Below, in pieces: positions 8,908-17,034 of a stretch of 64,000 nt of DNA (position 1 is its first letter; each line of letters starts with the position of its first letter). The notes beneath the pieces were generated by a model. The model made no database searches and was not told the DNA's origin. It saw nothing but the letters and a program-made list of their open reading frames with translations. This DNA is from a virus. Where the stretch lies: positions 1-64,000 of IMG/VR virus record IMGVR_UViG_3300025087_000053. One strand, written 5' to 3'. Position numbers and translations under genes: made by a program.

Positions 8908-9264
8908 TTAGTCAACAAAAACCTTCATTCCGCAATCAATCCCGTTGCGCTCGCACAGACGAACAACATAGTCCTTCGCCTCTCGAAGTCCCTCTCCCGT
9001 CTTCTCGCGACGATATTTAATGGCCTGGATAGCATGGTCATTAGTAGCCATGCCAAGAATAGTCCGGTCATTCTCGGAAAGAAGCGACGATGAAGACGTT
9101 GCCCCGTAAATGTCCTCCACCGTCCGCATGAAGATCTCGGGGTGGCGAACCGCAATCTGCTTCATGAAAGCTGCGGTCTTCTCGTTATTGGTTGCTGCAG
9201 CAATCTTCTCGATGCAATTGAAGTAGCGAAGACGATACTTGAGACTATCGAGATTATGAGACAT
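8908..9264 (-). CDS. protein with ribosomal bL12 (L7/L12) C-terminal-like motif
   Basis: IQAIKYRREKTGEGLREAKDYV resembles the bL12 'IKxVRxxTGLGLKEAKxxV' motif; promoter at 9300-9329. Confidence 0.6.
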   Translation of the reverse strand: MSHNLDSLKYRLRYFNCIEKIAAATNNEKTAAFMKQIAVRHPEIFMRTVEDIYGATSSSSLLSENDRTILGMATNDHAIQAIKYRREKTGEGLREAKDYVVRLCERNGIDCGMKVFVD

Positions 9265-9337
9265 TTTCTTTCTCCTTAGTTTCCGAAGTTGATGAGCTGA
9301 TTATAACAGAAATTTGTGCAAAGAGTCAACAATTAAA

Positions 9338-9703
9338 TTATCTCTCCTCGCAACGAAAATCTTCTTGGTTGTAGTGCTCAAGACTCAAAAGCTCACAATA
9401 GTCCGGATGCTTGCGGAAAAGAGCCCGAAGCTGAAGACGGGCGACGTCAACAAGAGGAATCTGTCCATGCCAATACCAAGTGCTCCCACGAACCGAAGAA
9501 ATCTGGTCGTAAAGCTGCTGACCAAGCGTGCCCGGACGACGATCTGACACCTCTCGCACGTAGCCACCACCTGGCGGAGCCCACCACTCCTGCGTGGTCT
9601 TATAGTCCTTCCCATCGCAGTCCTCGAAAAAGAAAGTCACCTCCACGAGAGTCTCCTCGGTCTCTCGGATGGTGTAACGACGAGGATTGTTTCGAATGCT
9701 CAT
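9338..9703 (-). CDS. hypothetical early protein
   Basis: MSIRNNPRRY start behind TTGACT-17-TATAAT and an AAGGAG SD. Confidence 0.65.
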   Translation of the reverse strand: MSIRNNPRRYTIRETEETLVEVTFFFEDCDGKDYKTTQEWWAPPGGGYVREVSDRRPGTLGQQLYDQISSVRGSTWYWHGQIPLVDVARLQLRALFRKHPDYCELLSLEHYNQEDFRCEER

Positions 9704-9734
9704 CTTTTTCTCCTTGTTCTCGATTTCTTCGAGC

Positions 9735-9763
9735 ATTATATGAGAAACTTGCGGAGAAGTCAA
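9735..9763 (-). promoter_or_regulatory. near-consensus sigma70-like promoter
   Basis: TTGACT-17-TATAAT. Confidence 0.75.
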
Positions 9764-9771
9764 TAAAGAAA

Positions 9772-9963
9772 TTACTTCCAAACAAGGATGCTGAACCAAA
9801 TAGCAGTAGACAGACAAAGAAAATAACTAAGGCCATTGAAAATGGCATGCTTTTTATAGAGCACAGCGTCAACAAACTTTACAACAAACCAAAGAAAACT
9901 CCACATCGAAGCAAAGAAAGAAACAAAAAAAATAATCTGCGTCCAGAGGATGCTGTCGAACAT
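9772..9963 (-). CDS. small membrane protein
   Basis: MFDSILW start with GGAGG SD; two hydrophobic helices. Confidence 0.5.
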   Translation of the reverse strand: MFDSILWTQIIFFVSFFASMWSFLWFVVKFVDAVLYKKHAIFNGLSYFLCLSTAIWFSILVWK

Positions 9964-10113
9964 GTCAATCCCTCCAGTTTCTGCAAGCGTTTTTATTTTC
10001 ATTCTTCTTCTTGTCCACAAAAGAACCCGCCTTGCGAAAGTGAGCAACCACCGCAATTTGATTGCGAATCTTCCCCATCTTCCGATTCTTCTTGGTGCTC
10101 ACTTTCTTAAACC

Positions 10114-10281
10114 TCACTTCCGCTTTCGACGGTTCATCCACTCTGAGATCTTTGCCCAAACAATCACAGCAACGAAAACAAAAACCATCGTTGCCCCAAC
10201 CCAAACGATTCCACCTTCCTCCCAAAGATAAAAATCTTGTGTTGCTTCCTGAGAACTGCGATAAACAATCACCTTTTCCAT
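10114..10281 (-). CDS. small membrane protein
   Basis: MEKVIVYRS start with GGAGG SD; one transmembrane helix. Confidence 0.5.
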   Translation of the reverse strand: MEKVIVYRSSQEATQDFYLWEEGGIVWVGATMVFVFVAVIVWAKISEWMNRRKRK

Positions 10282-10353
10282 CTTTTCTTCCTCCGAAAGA
10301 AGATAAAATAACAATAGCATACTTAAAAAAAGAAGTCAATCCCCTAAAACGGC

Positions 10354-10563
10354 AAAAGCCGGGAATTTCACCCGGCTCTTCAGCTAGCAACTATGGGAAC
10401 CCAATGCCTCATGTCTAGCGTGCGTGCTATGTGATACACCACATGCCTGCTCAGGAACTTACACAGCCTGGTATAGGCAGACTGCCCTGAGACTTCCCGC
10501 GTCTCCCGACAGGGGGGACCGCTTCTTGCCGTTACTCCCGGCTTATCGGTCCTAGTCGCGAAC
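10354..10563 (-). ncRNA. candidate ~210-nt structured non-coding RNA
   Basis: TTGACA-17-TATTAT promoter (10570-10598), GC-rich multi-hairpin body with no credible ORF, terminator-like GAGCCGGG-TGAAATT-CCCGGCTTTT. Confidence 0.55.
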
Positions 10564-10594
10564 AAGATAATAATAGCAGAGCACAGGAGACTTG

Positions 10595-10939
10595 TCAATC
10601 TTTATTTTCTTCTTCCTTGTCCAAAAGAAACGGCCATGTTTTCTTTACTTCTCCTTTTAGTCCCAAATAATTATAATGTCCTTCGGAGGAAAGTTTGTAT
10701 GTGAGCTTGTTCATTTCTATTGCAAGACCATAGGGGCAACCGTAGAGATCTGCAATTTCCTCCTGCTCTTCGGATACTCCAACAAAGTTAGGATTACATT
10801 CTTTAAAATCGCTGTAACACTTATCAGAAATCTTTTTCGCCGTTCCTGTACCAATAATAAACCCTTTCAACTGTCTCTTGGCACAATACAACCCTTCGTT
10901 TGCTTCATTAAAATAGCTTATTGGCAAGAAGTAATTCAT
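10595..10939 (-). CDS. hypothetical protein, divergent member of the TEETY family
   Basis: MNYFLP ... YGLAIEMNKLTYKL. Confidence 0.55.
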   Translation of the reverse strand: MNYFLPISYFNEANEGLYCAKRQLKGFIIGTGTAKKISDKCYSDFKECNPNFVGVSEEQEEIADLYGCPYGLAIEMNKLTYKLSSEGHYNYLGLKGEVKKTWPFLLDKEEENKD

Positions 10940-10972
10940 TGCGCACACACACATATATATAATTATATATAT

Positions 10973-11671
10973 TTATTCTTCTTCGACGTCCACAAGCTCT
11001 TGGATATATCCTCGTTCTTGAGAAAAGATTGGGATTTCTTCATCTGATACGCCGCTTTCCACAACACACCAGCCCCTCTTTTTCCACGTTTCAATGTCGT
11101 TCCAGTTAATTCCATAACCAGAAAACAACATCTCTTGCATCTCTCCCGTATTCTTTCCGTGAAGAGCCTTTGAAGAAAACTTTGATTGGGCAAGAGAGGC
11201 AATAGAATTCCTTGTTGCGTCCTGTTGCCTCCAAATAAAATAATTCACAACTTCTTCTCTTGGCAAGACAAAGCACCTTGAATCAAAATGAGCGTCTTTG
11301 TTTTTGTGTGGTGCGTTTTTATTAAAGGCAAGTGTTGCAATAGAAGCCGAAACAGAAGCTATCTTCTGCACATTCTTATCAAACCAAGAACAAGTTTTAT
11401 AAGTTTCGTAATCTGTGCAAAGAACAGAGATTTCATCGCTTTGAAGATAGGCCAAGCTCGCACCTTGAATACTTTTAATTAATGCCTTGGCTGTCTCCGT
11501 CATGGCAAAATGAAGATTCATATCCCAAGGGAACTCAAGACCTCTTGTATAGCTATGGAAAGCTTTTCCATCTATTCGAATAATCATCGGCATTCTGGGG
11601 GTTAGATGAAGTCTCGAGATATTTTCGTATCCCTTCATGCGGATTGCGAGATCGGAATTCTTTCTTGGCAT
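10973..11671 (-). CDS. thg1: tRNA(His) guanylyltransferase Thg1-like protein
   Basis: RIDGKAFH, YLQSDEIS, FDSR and YFIWRQQDATRNSI motifs. Confidence 0.92.
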   Translation of the reverse strand: MPRKNSDLAIRMKGYENISRLHLTPRMPMIIRIDGKAFHSYTRGLEFPWDMNLHFAMTETAKALIKSIQGASLAYLQSDEISVLCTDYETYKTCSWFDKNVQKIASVSASIATLAFNKNAPHKNKDAHFDSRCFVLPREEVVNYFIWRQQDATRNSIASLAQSKFSSKALHGKNTGEMQEMLFSGYGINWNDIETWKKRGWCVVESGVSDEEIPIFSQERGYIQELVDVEEE

Positions 11672-11721
11672 TATCTAACCTTCTTTCTAAAACTCCATCT
11701 TACCGGGAAAAACGAAAGATG

Positions 11722-12861
11722 TCAATACTTAAAAACCCTTACACAGTCTGCCTGTACAGCGTCTTCTAGGTTGTGTATAAAAGCTTCGTGAGTAAACATT
11801 TTCATTTTCCCATACAAAAGTGCCTGAAGCTCTTGCGGCATCTGGTCAAGACAAGTAATGGCTAGAATCACATTCAGCGGATAAGTAGTTTGTTTATAGT
11901 CGTGAGAAATAGTTGTTCCAACTTTGGTTATATCTAACCACGCATATCTTAATATGTCTTGATGCATATTTGGTTGGTTTGTAATATCAACAATTCCATA
12001 TGGAGCTTCTTTTAATTCGTTTTCTAACGGTCCCGCCCCATGTCTTGTAAGATAAGGTCGCGTAACATAATAAATATCAAGCATCTCTTTAATTCTAGCT
12101 TCTTCTAACATAGCCAAAACGTTTGTCAACCCCGTCCTAGACCTCGTAACGTGGGGAAAGTCTTTACCGTATTCATCTAACAAAAGACCCTGAGCCCCCT
12201 CAAAAATAAAGTGTTCGTAATTTGGTAGTTTTGTAGAAGATTGAGGCCATAAGAAAGATTCACATCGTGCAGTCATAATGGCACAGTCTTCGTAATACTG
12301 TTCCCACATTTGTTTATTGTCAACTTGCTCTAAATCTTCTATAATGTTAAGCTCCCTCATCCTCCTGGGAAGCCAGAAATTAACAATCAATTCGATCTTT
12401 TTCTTCAAAAGGGATCTGTTTGAAAGATCCCTAAAAACAATAGCAAAGCCTGCCTCGCTCCTGGTAACAGTTTCGTTGATACCAAGGCCACAACTCCCGT
12501 GTTTATATTTGCCTCTTAAAGCTTCAATTGTTTGGTTTAAAATCATATCAACTGGTGTGGTTACAAGACATCGTGGATCTGCCAAAACAATTGGGTCTGG
12601 TGGCAGAGATAGAAGCTCTTGAGAAAACAAAACAGGATTTACAATAAAATGCTTGGAGAAGTAAGTAGCAGCCCCATTAAAAGTGCCTGAGCCAAAGTGA
12701 TGAAAGACGTGTCGGCTGCCATCAGATTTAATTACAGTATGAGCAGCTTGAGCCCCGCCGTTGAATCTAATTACAAGGCTTTTATTATCCGACAAGCAAT
12801 CAACAACGTGTCCCTTGCCTTCGTCGCCATAATTAGTTCCAATGACAGCCGACAGTCGCAT
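11722..12861 (-). CDS. purA: divergent adenylosuccinate synthetase-like ligase
   Basis: GDEGKG, RFNGGAQAAH, GSCGLG, FEGAQGLLLD, PHVTRS and YLTRHGAGP; lacks the canonical TTGRxRR aspartate loop. Confidence 0.85.
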   Translation of the reverse strand: MRLSAVIGTNYGDEGKGHVVDCLSDNKSLVIRFNGGAQAAHTVIKSDGSRHVFHHFGSGTFNGAATYFSKHFIVNPVLFSQELLSLPPDPIVLADPRCLVTTPVDMILNQTIEALRGKYKHGSCGLGINETVTRSEAGFAIVFRDLSNRSLLKKKIELIVNFWLPRRMRELNIIEDLEQVDNKQMWEQYYEDCAIMTARCESFLWPQSSTKLPNYEHFIFEGAQGLLLDEYGKDFPHVTRSRTGLTNVLAMLEEARIKEMLDIYYVTRPYLTRHGAGPLENELKEAPYGIVDITNQPNMHQDILRYAWLDITKVGTTISHDYKQTTYPLNVILAITCLDQMPQELQALLYGKMKMFTHEAFIHNLEDAVQADCVRVFKY

Positions 12862-12874
12862 TGCACCCTTCTTT

Positions 12875-13801
12875 CTATAGAGTAATCAGCCCTTGAGAGT
12901 CTGAGGATGCGGAGCTTGTTAGGCCAGAGATTGCTTTATGAACAACCATGGCCGTACTGCCATCCCACGAATCAGCAACGTCGTCTGCTTTAGAACCTTC
13001 CACAACTTGAATTGCCGAAACAATAACTTCAGCCATCTTGGTGTGATCGGTCAAAGTCAAAGAACGCTCTCCTAGCAACGCTCTCCAGCGGTCTACAACC
13101 CAACTATCATATGAGCCACCTTCAGCAACATTCAAATGAAAAACCTCCCAATTTCGTGTGAGCATTGTCAAAAGCTGTTTCCCGGAAATGTCTTCGCCGA
13201 TAGTATCCCCGAAGACTGATTGGGCATGCTCAACAAGAATCTTTGGAGTTGGTCCGTCATCGCCAACAGTAAATAAATAACCCTTTCTGTTTCTCTTTTC
13301 AACGGCATCGCACGAGGTATGCTTCGCAGCAAAATAATGCAAGAGAGAATATCCTTCGGAATCATTTCCTCCGCCGCCGCCCTCAAGATAAAGCTTTTCA
13401 AGCTGTTCTGCGATACGAATATCTGCTTCAAATTGAGAAACTTGAAGCGGAGAATTATCGCAGTATGCATCGCCGATTGCAGCGCAAAGAACATGAGGAT
13501 CGCGCACCGGCTTTCTATTATAAATCTCTTCGAACAGGGTTTTCAGTCCCTTTTTTGCCATTATTTCCAAAATACGAGACATTGAACCCGTAACGTCTAG
13601 TCCAACGATAATTGGAGTAGAGTTGGGATTGTCTGCGGAATCCCTAGATTCTCGCAGCCCATTCTTTATTTTCTTTGGATCTAAATCATCGTTCATTGAA
13701 GAGGACTTGTAGATGTGAGCCGCAGTCGTCGAAGCCTTGTGCAAACCACGCGAGCTAGAATAAGAAGCCCAGTCTGTTGGTGAAAATCTTCCGCTTCCCA
13801 T
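12875..13801 (-). CDS. vWA-domain protein
   Basis: MIDAS motif LDVTGSM; EGGGGGNDSEGY; LFTVGDD. Confidence 0.8.
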   Translation of the reverse strand: MGSGRFSPTDWASYSSSRGLHKASTTAAHIYKSSSMNDDLDPKKIKNGLRESRDSADNPNSTPIIVGLDVTGSMSRILEIMAKKGLKTLFEEIYNRKPVRDPHVLCAAIGDAYCDNSPLQVSQFEADIRIAEQLEKLYLEGGGGGNDSEGYSLLHYFAAKHTSCDAVEKRNRKGYLFTVGDDGPTPKILVEHAQSVFGDTIGEDISGKQLLTMLTRNWEVFHLNVAEGGSYDSWVVDRWRALLGERSLTLTDHTKMAEVIVSAIQVVEGSKADDVADSWDGSTAMVVHKAISGLTSSASSDSQGLITL

Positions 13802-13803
13802 GA

Positions 13804-14814
13804 TTATTCTCCCTGTTTGTAAGCTTCATCGACGTGAAGCTCCATTTTGACAAATTTGCGTTTTCCAAATGTTTTTTGCAACGCCTCATGCCACAACTTG
13901 TAAGCACGCTGAGCCGTGTCGTCCACCGGAATCTGCACCAGATCGACCATGGGGCTTGACGATAAAGAACGTCCTGTAATATCTCCCAACAACTCTCGAA
14001 CAGTAGCCCTAATTATCTCAAGATCTACTAGAGGTGTAGCAATTTTGTTACATTTCACCTCCCATGGCAGATACTTGTATGTTCTAATTGGCAACGTAGA
14101 AATCTTTTCATCTATTGGAACAGCAAACCACCAACTTCCCAACAAAGACACGCTGTGATCAGAAGGAGAAATAAAAACGGAATCAAGAGAAATATCTCCA
14201 TGAACTATCTTAGCCCACTCCAAATAACACGCTATGTTGTGCAATCCACTCCCAATCCATGCTACATGAACTGGTTCAATCTTTCCCTTGTAATAGCTAA
14301 AAACTTCTCGCAACGGAACAAGGTTTTTTGACTTTGGAATCGTTAAAAGAAGTTTATCATCTTCAAGTTCAAATACTTTTATTGACTCTGGAAGGGTTTT
14401 CGACATCTCTTTCTTCATTTTATCATCTGCATAATGAAGATTTTTTATAGTTCTCTCTGCTCTTTTTGAAAATTGTTCGAACTTCTTATCAATTAAATAT
14501 GAAATGTGGGTATTCGCAATATAAACGTACCCCAATTCGAAGCTTCTGCTAACTAGGTATTTGAACCTAATACTCCCACCACCCTTCTTTTTCAAATCAA
14601 GAAAACTAGAACCTCTCCATTTCCCAGTTTCTAGAAGCCTTACTGCTTCTTTATAAAGCTCCGTAATATGTGACATTACCTTGGCATCACCAGTTGTTTT
14701 ATCAGGATGCCAATAAAGAGCCAATTCGTGAAATTTCTTTTTTGCTTCTGCAAGATCACCTGGAAACAAAGACTCTGGAACAGTGAACTCAAGAATTTGT
14801 TTTTCTGTTTCCAT
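13804..14814 (-). CDS. J-domain fused to a protein-kinase-like domain
   Basis: ELALYWHPDK (HPD motif); IVHGDIS catalytic-loop-like motif; LLGSWWF in place of DFG. Confidence 0.7.
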   Translation of the reverse strand: METEKQILEFTVPESLFPGDLAEAKKKFHELALYWHPDKTTGDAKVMSHITELYKEAVRLLETGKWRGSSFLDLKKKGGGSIRFKYLVSRSFELGYVYIANTHISYLIDKKFEQFSKRAERTIKNLHYADDKMKKEMSKTLPESIKVFELEDDKLLLTIPKSKNLVPLREVFSYYKGKIEPVHVAWIGSGLHNIACYLEWAKIVHGDISLDSVFISPSDHSVSLLGSWWFAVPIDEKISTLPIRTYKYLPWEVKCNKIATPLVDLEIIRATVRELLGDITGRSLSSSPMVDLVQIPVDDTAQRAYKLWHEALQKTFGKRKFVKMELHVDEAYKQGE

Positions 14815-14844
14815 TTTTAATTCTTTCTGCTCGCACTTCTTTTC

Positions 14845-15041
14845 CTACGCGCCCGACTGCTTCTGTAACATATAATCTACCCAAGCATCCGCCATCTTGG
14901 CAGCCAACATTACAGACCATAAGACAGGAATTTCAATATAGTCTGGAAGAAAACCCTCTGGCCACACTCCTGTCTTTTGCACGATATCATATGCCCGTAT
15001 ATGCTCATAATTGTGAGATCAAACCAATCATAAAGAGACAT
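14845..15041 (-). pseudogene. frameshifted small gene
   Basis: GGAGG SD, then MSLYDWFD, then a shifted frame continues HNYEHIRAY..GVWPEGFLP..KMADAW to TAG; flanked by the 15-bp direct repeat TTTCCTACGCGCCCG (14841, 15053). Confidence 0.5.
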
Positions 15042-15059
15042 TTTATCCTCCGTTTCCTA

Positions 15060-15087
15060 CGCGCCCGGAGAGGCTTGAACTCCCGAC
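15060..15087 (-). pseudogene. 3' fragment of a canonical tRNA (T-arm plus acceptor strand)
   Basis: GTC GGGAG-TTCAAGC-CTCTC CGGGCGC G; the complementary acceptor strand GCGCCCG lies at 16626-16632. Confidence 0.65.
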
Positions 15088-15134
15088 TTGTATTTTTTAT
15101 ACAAAAGCGAGTTCGACTCCACTATTTATAATAA

Positions 15135-15210
15135 CGCCCTGGGCAGGGCTCGAACCTGCATTATTCCAATTACGGTACACACGGGTAGAAGCCGTGGCCG
15201 TTACCAGGGC
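15135..15210 (-). tRNA. non-canonical tRNA-Arg(UCU)-like gene lacking a normal D-arm
   Basis: acceptor GCCCTGG/CCAGGGC+G, anticodon arm CACGG-CTTCTAC-CCGTG, T-arm GCAGG-TTCGAGC-CCTGC; 7-nt connector instead of a D-arm and a 20-nt variable region. Confidence 0.65.
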
Positions 15211-15225
15211 AATAGGAGAACACCA

Positions 15226-16616
15226 TCCCGTTCGAGATTTAAACCACGAAATCATCAGCCGACATGAGTTTAAGCTCTCTCCTCTTATTAAAAATAATGA
15301 ATTTACAAAAAAGTCAACATATTTCACTTCGTGTGCTATATTTATAATGTGTCGAAACGTCTTTCTACAACTTCTGAAAAAAGCCTCCCTATAACTATCC
15401 TCAGTCAACGTATTCGACTCGTTCCAAATAACATCCAAACAACCTTTTTCGAACGTTGTGCTGGTGCATCTCGCTTCGTCTACAACTGGGGATTGGACCG
15501 TTGGAAAACTCAATACGAAGCCGAAGGAAAGCCCTCTTGGATCAGTCTTAACACCGAGCTGAATGCCTGCAAAAACACCGAATTTCCTTGGATGGCAAAA
15601 TTGCCGTGGGCTGTTGCTGCAACGGCGTTGTCCAACCTCGGCAATGCTTTCTCCAACTTCTTTCGCCGTATCAAATCTGGCCAAAAGCCCGGCTATCCCC
15701 GCTTCAAGTCGAAGAAACAAAGCAAAATGTCCTTCGCCGTTGAAGGTCGAGCCCTTCGCTTTGACGGCCGAAGAGTTAAGATTCCCAAGCTTGGTTGGGT
15801 CCGCACTCGACAAGAGATAAGATTTCCTGGTAAAATCCTGTCCGCTCACTTTACGAAACATGCCGGTCATTGGTACGTCTCGGTCCAAATTCAAGTCTCC
15901 GACTCCTGGTCCTATCCCCATCGCTGCGAAACCCAAGAAGCGGTTGGAGTGGATCTCGGGCTCCGAGACCTTGCCGTGCTTTCTACGGGAGAACGGGTCG
16001 AGGCTCCACGCATTCTGCGTGCTCATGAAACCAGACTGCGACGATTCAACAAGGAAATGTCTCGTCGCGTCATAGGAGGAAGAAATTGGCAGAAGACTAA
16101 AACGAAGCTTGGACGGCTGCATGAACGGATTTCCAACATCCGCAAAGACGTAACGCATAAGCTTACCGCTCGGCTGGTCCGAGACTTTCGTCGGATTGGA
16201 ATCGAGGACTTGAACGTCAAGGGGATGATGGCAAATCATCATCTTGCCAAGTCGATTGCGGATGCTGCCTTGTCGGAAATCAGGCGTCAGCTTATGTATA
16301 AAGCTCCGCTTGCCGGCAGTGAAATCATTGTTGCCGACCGCTGGTTCCCTTCTTCCAAGCTGTGTTCCGACTGTGGAACAAGACGAGAAGGACCGTTGCC
16401 TTTGTCCATCCGAGAATGGGTTTGTGAGGTTTGTGGGGTTGTCCACGACCGAGACATCAACGCAGCCATTAATCTTAGAACCGCCGCCCTGGCGGGGATA
16501 GCCTGCTGTCAAGAAAGCTCTGGTTCTGGCCCTACGGCCAGAACGAAACTTCCTCATGGGCAGGAATTGAGCAACTGTGTTAACTAATGGGTTCATGGTT
16601 TAAGTCTCAAATGGGA
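15226..16616 (+). mobile_element. TnpB-only IS element, copy A (IS607/IS1341-like, no transposase)
   Basis: left end TCCCGTTCGAGATTTAAACC and right end GGTTTAAGTCTCAAATGGGA are inverted copies; homologous to copies B-E. Confidence 0.85.
15349..16587 (+). CDS. tnpB: RNA-guided endonuclease TnpB
   Basis: N-terminal HTH (RFVYNWGL), VGVDLG, IGIEDL, CSDC/CEVC, HDRDINAAINL; probable GTG start at 15349. Confidence 0.93.
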   Translation: MSKRLSTTSEKSLPITILSQRIRLVPNNIQTTFFERCAGASRFVYNWGLDRWKTQYEAEGKPSWISLNTELNACKNTEFPWMAKLPWAVAATALSNLGNAFSNFFRRIKSGQKPGYPRFKSKKQSKMSFAVEGRALRFDGRRVKIPKLGWVRTRQEIRFPGKILSAHFTKHAGHWYVSVQIQVSDSWSYPHRCETQEAVGVDLGLRDLAVLSTGERVEAPRILRAHETRLRRFNKEMSRRVIGGRNWQKTKTKLGRLHERISNIRKDVTHKLTARLVRDFRRIGIEDLNVKGMMANHHLAKSIADAALSEIRRQLMYKAPLAGSEIIVADRWFPSSKLCSDCGTRREGPLPLSIREWVCEVCGVVHDRDINAAINLRTAALAGIACCQESSGSGPTARTKLPHGQELSNCVN

Positions 16617-16632
16617 ACTGAGCTACGGGCGC
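16616..16632 (-). pseudogene. 5' fragment of a canonical tRNA (Arg-like)
   Basis: GCGCCCGTAGCTCAGTT; removing element A extends it with GG to give a normal D-loop start. Confidence 0.65.
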
Positions 16633-16675
16633 TAATATTAAAAAGCATACCCTCCCGTATCGTCTTTCACTTCTG

Positions 16676-17029
16676 TCACTTGGGAAGAACCCCCAGCTTT
16701 ATAAACCCAACCGGACCAACTCCGTTAGAATGGCTCCTCACTGGTTTCACAATTTCTTTTTCTTCTCTTAGCACTTCAACGTGAATCGAACCAATCACCA
16801 CATACCCACCACCAAACTTCTTTCTTGCCTCTCGGGTGAAAAGAAGCTCATATCGAGAATTGCCAACGTCCTTCGAAAAAACCTTGAAAGCCTTACCCTT
16901 ATTGGCCCTTTCAAAAGCTTTCGCAATGCAAGAACCGATATCCTTGTCTTCCGTCTTCATTGCATAAAGCGGCCGAGACATACTAAAATACTTGTCAACT
17001 CCACACTCGAAATAGATCCTGTTAGACAT
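16676..17029 (-). CDS. hypothetical protein
   Basis: MSNRIYFEC start after an AAGGA SD. Confidence 0.55.
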   Translation of the reverse strand: MSNRIYFECGVDKYFSMSRPLYAMKTEDKDIGSCIAKAFERANKGKAFKVFSKDVGNSRYELLFTREARKKFGGGYVVIGSIHVEVLREEKEIVKPVRSHSNGVGPVGFIKLGVLPK

Positions 17030-17034
17030 TTTAA

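Noticed and set aside
10380-10598. 72-aa ORF over the candidate ncRNA
   Set aside because: Its TTG start is the -35 box of the promoter, upstream of the predicted transcription start
11722-12861. PurZ (2-aminoadenine DNA pathway)
   Set aside because: Retains the PurA-type Asp in GDEGKG rather than the Ser of PurZ, and no dATPase/MazZ is evident in the window
15097-16596. 499-aa minus-strand ORF (and the 445-aa ORF 26513..27850)
   Set aside because: Antisense shadows of tnpB with no recognisable motifs; they recur only because the element is repeated
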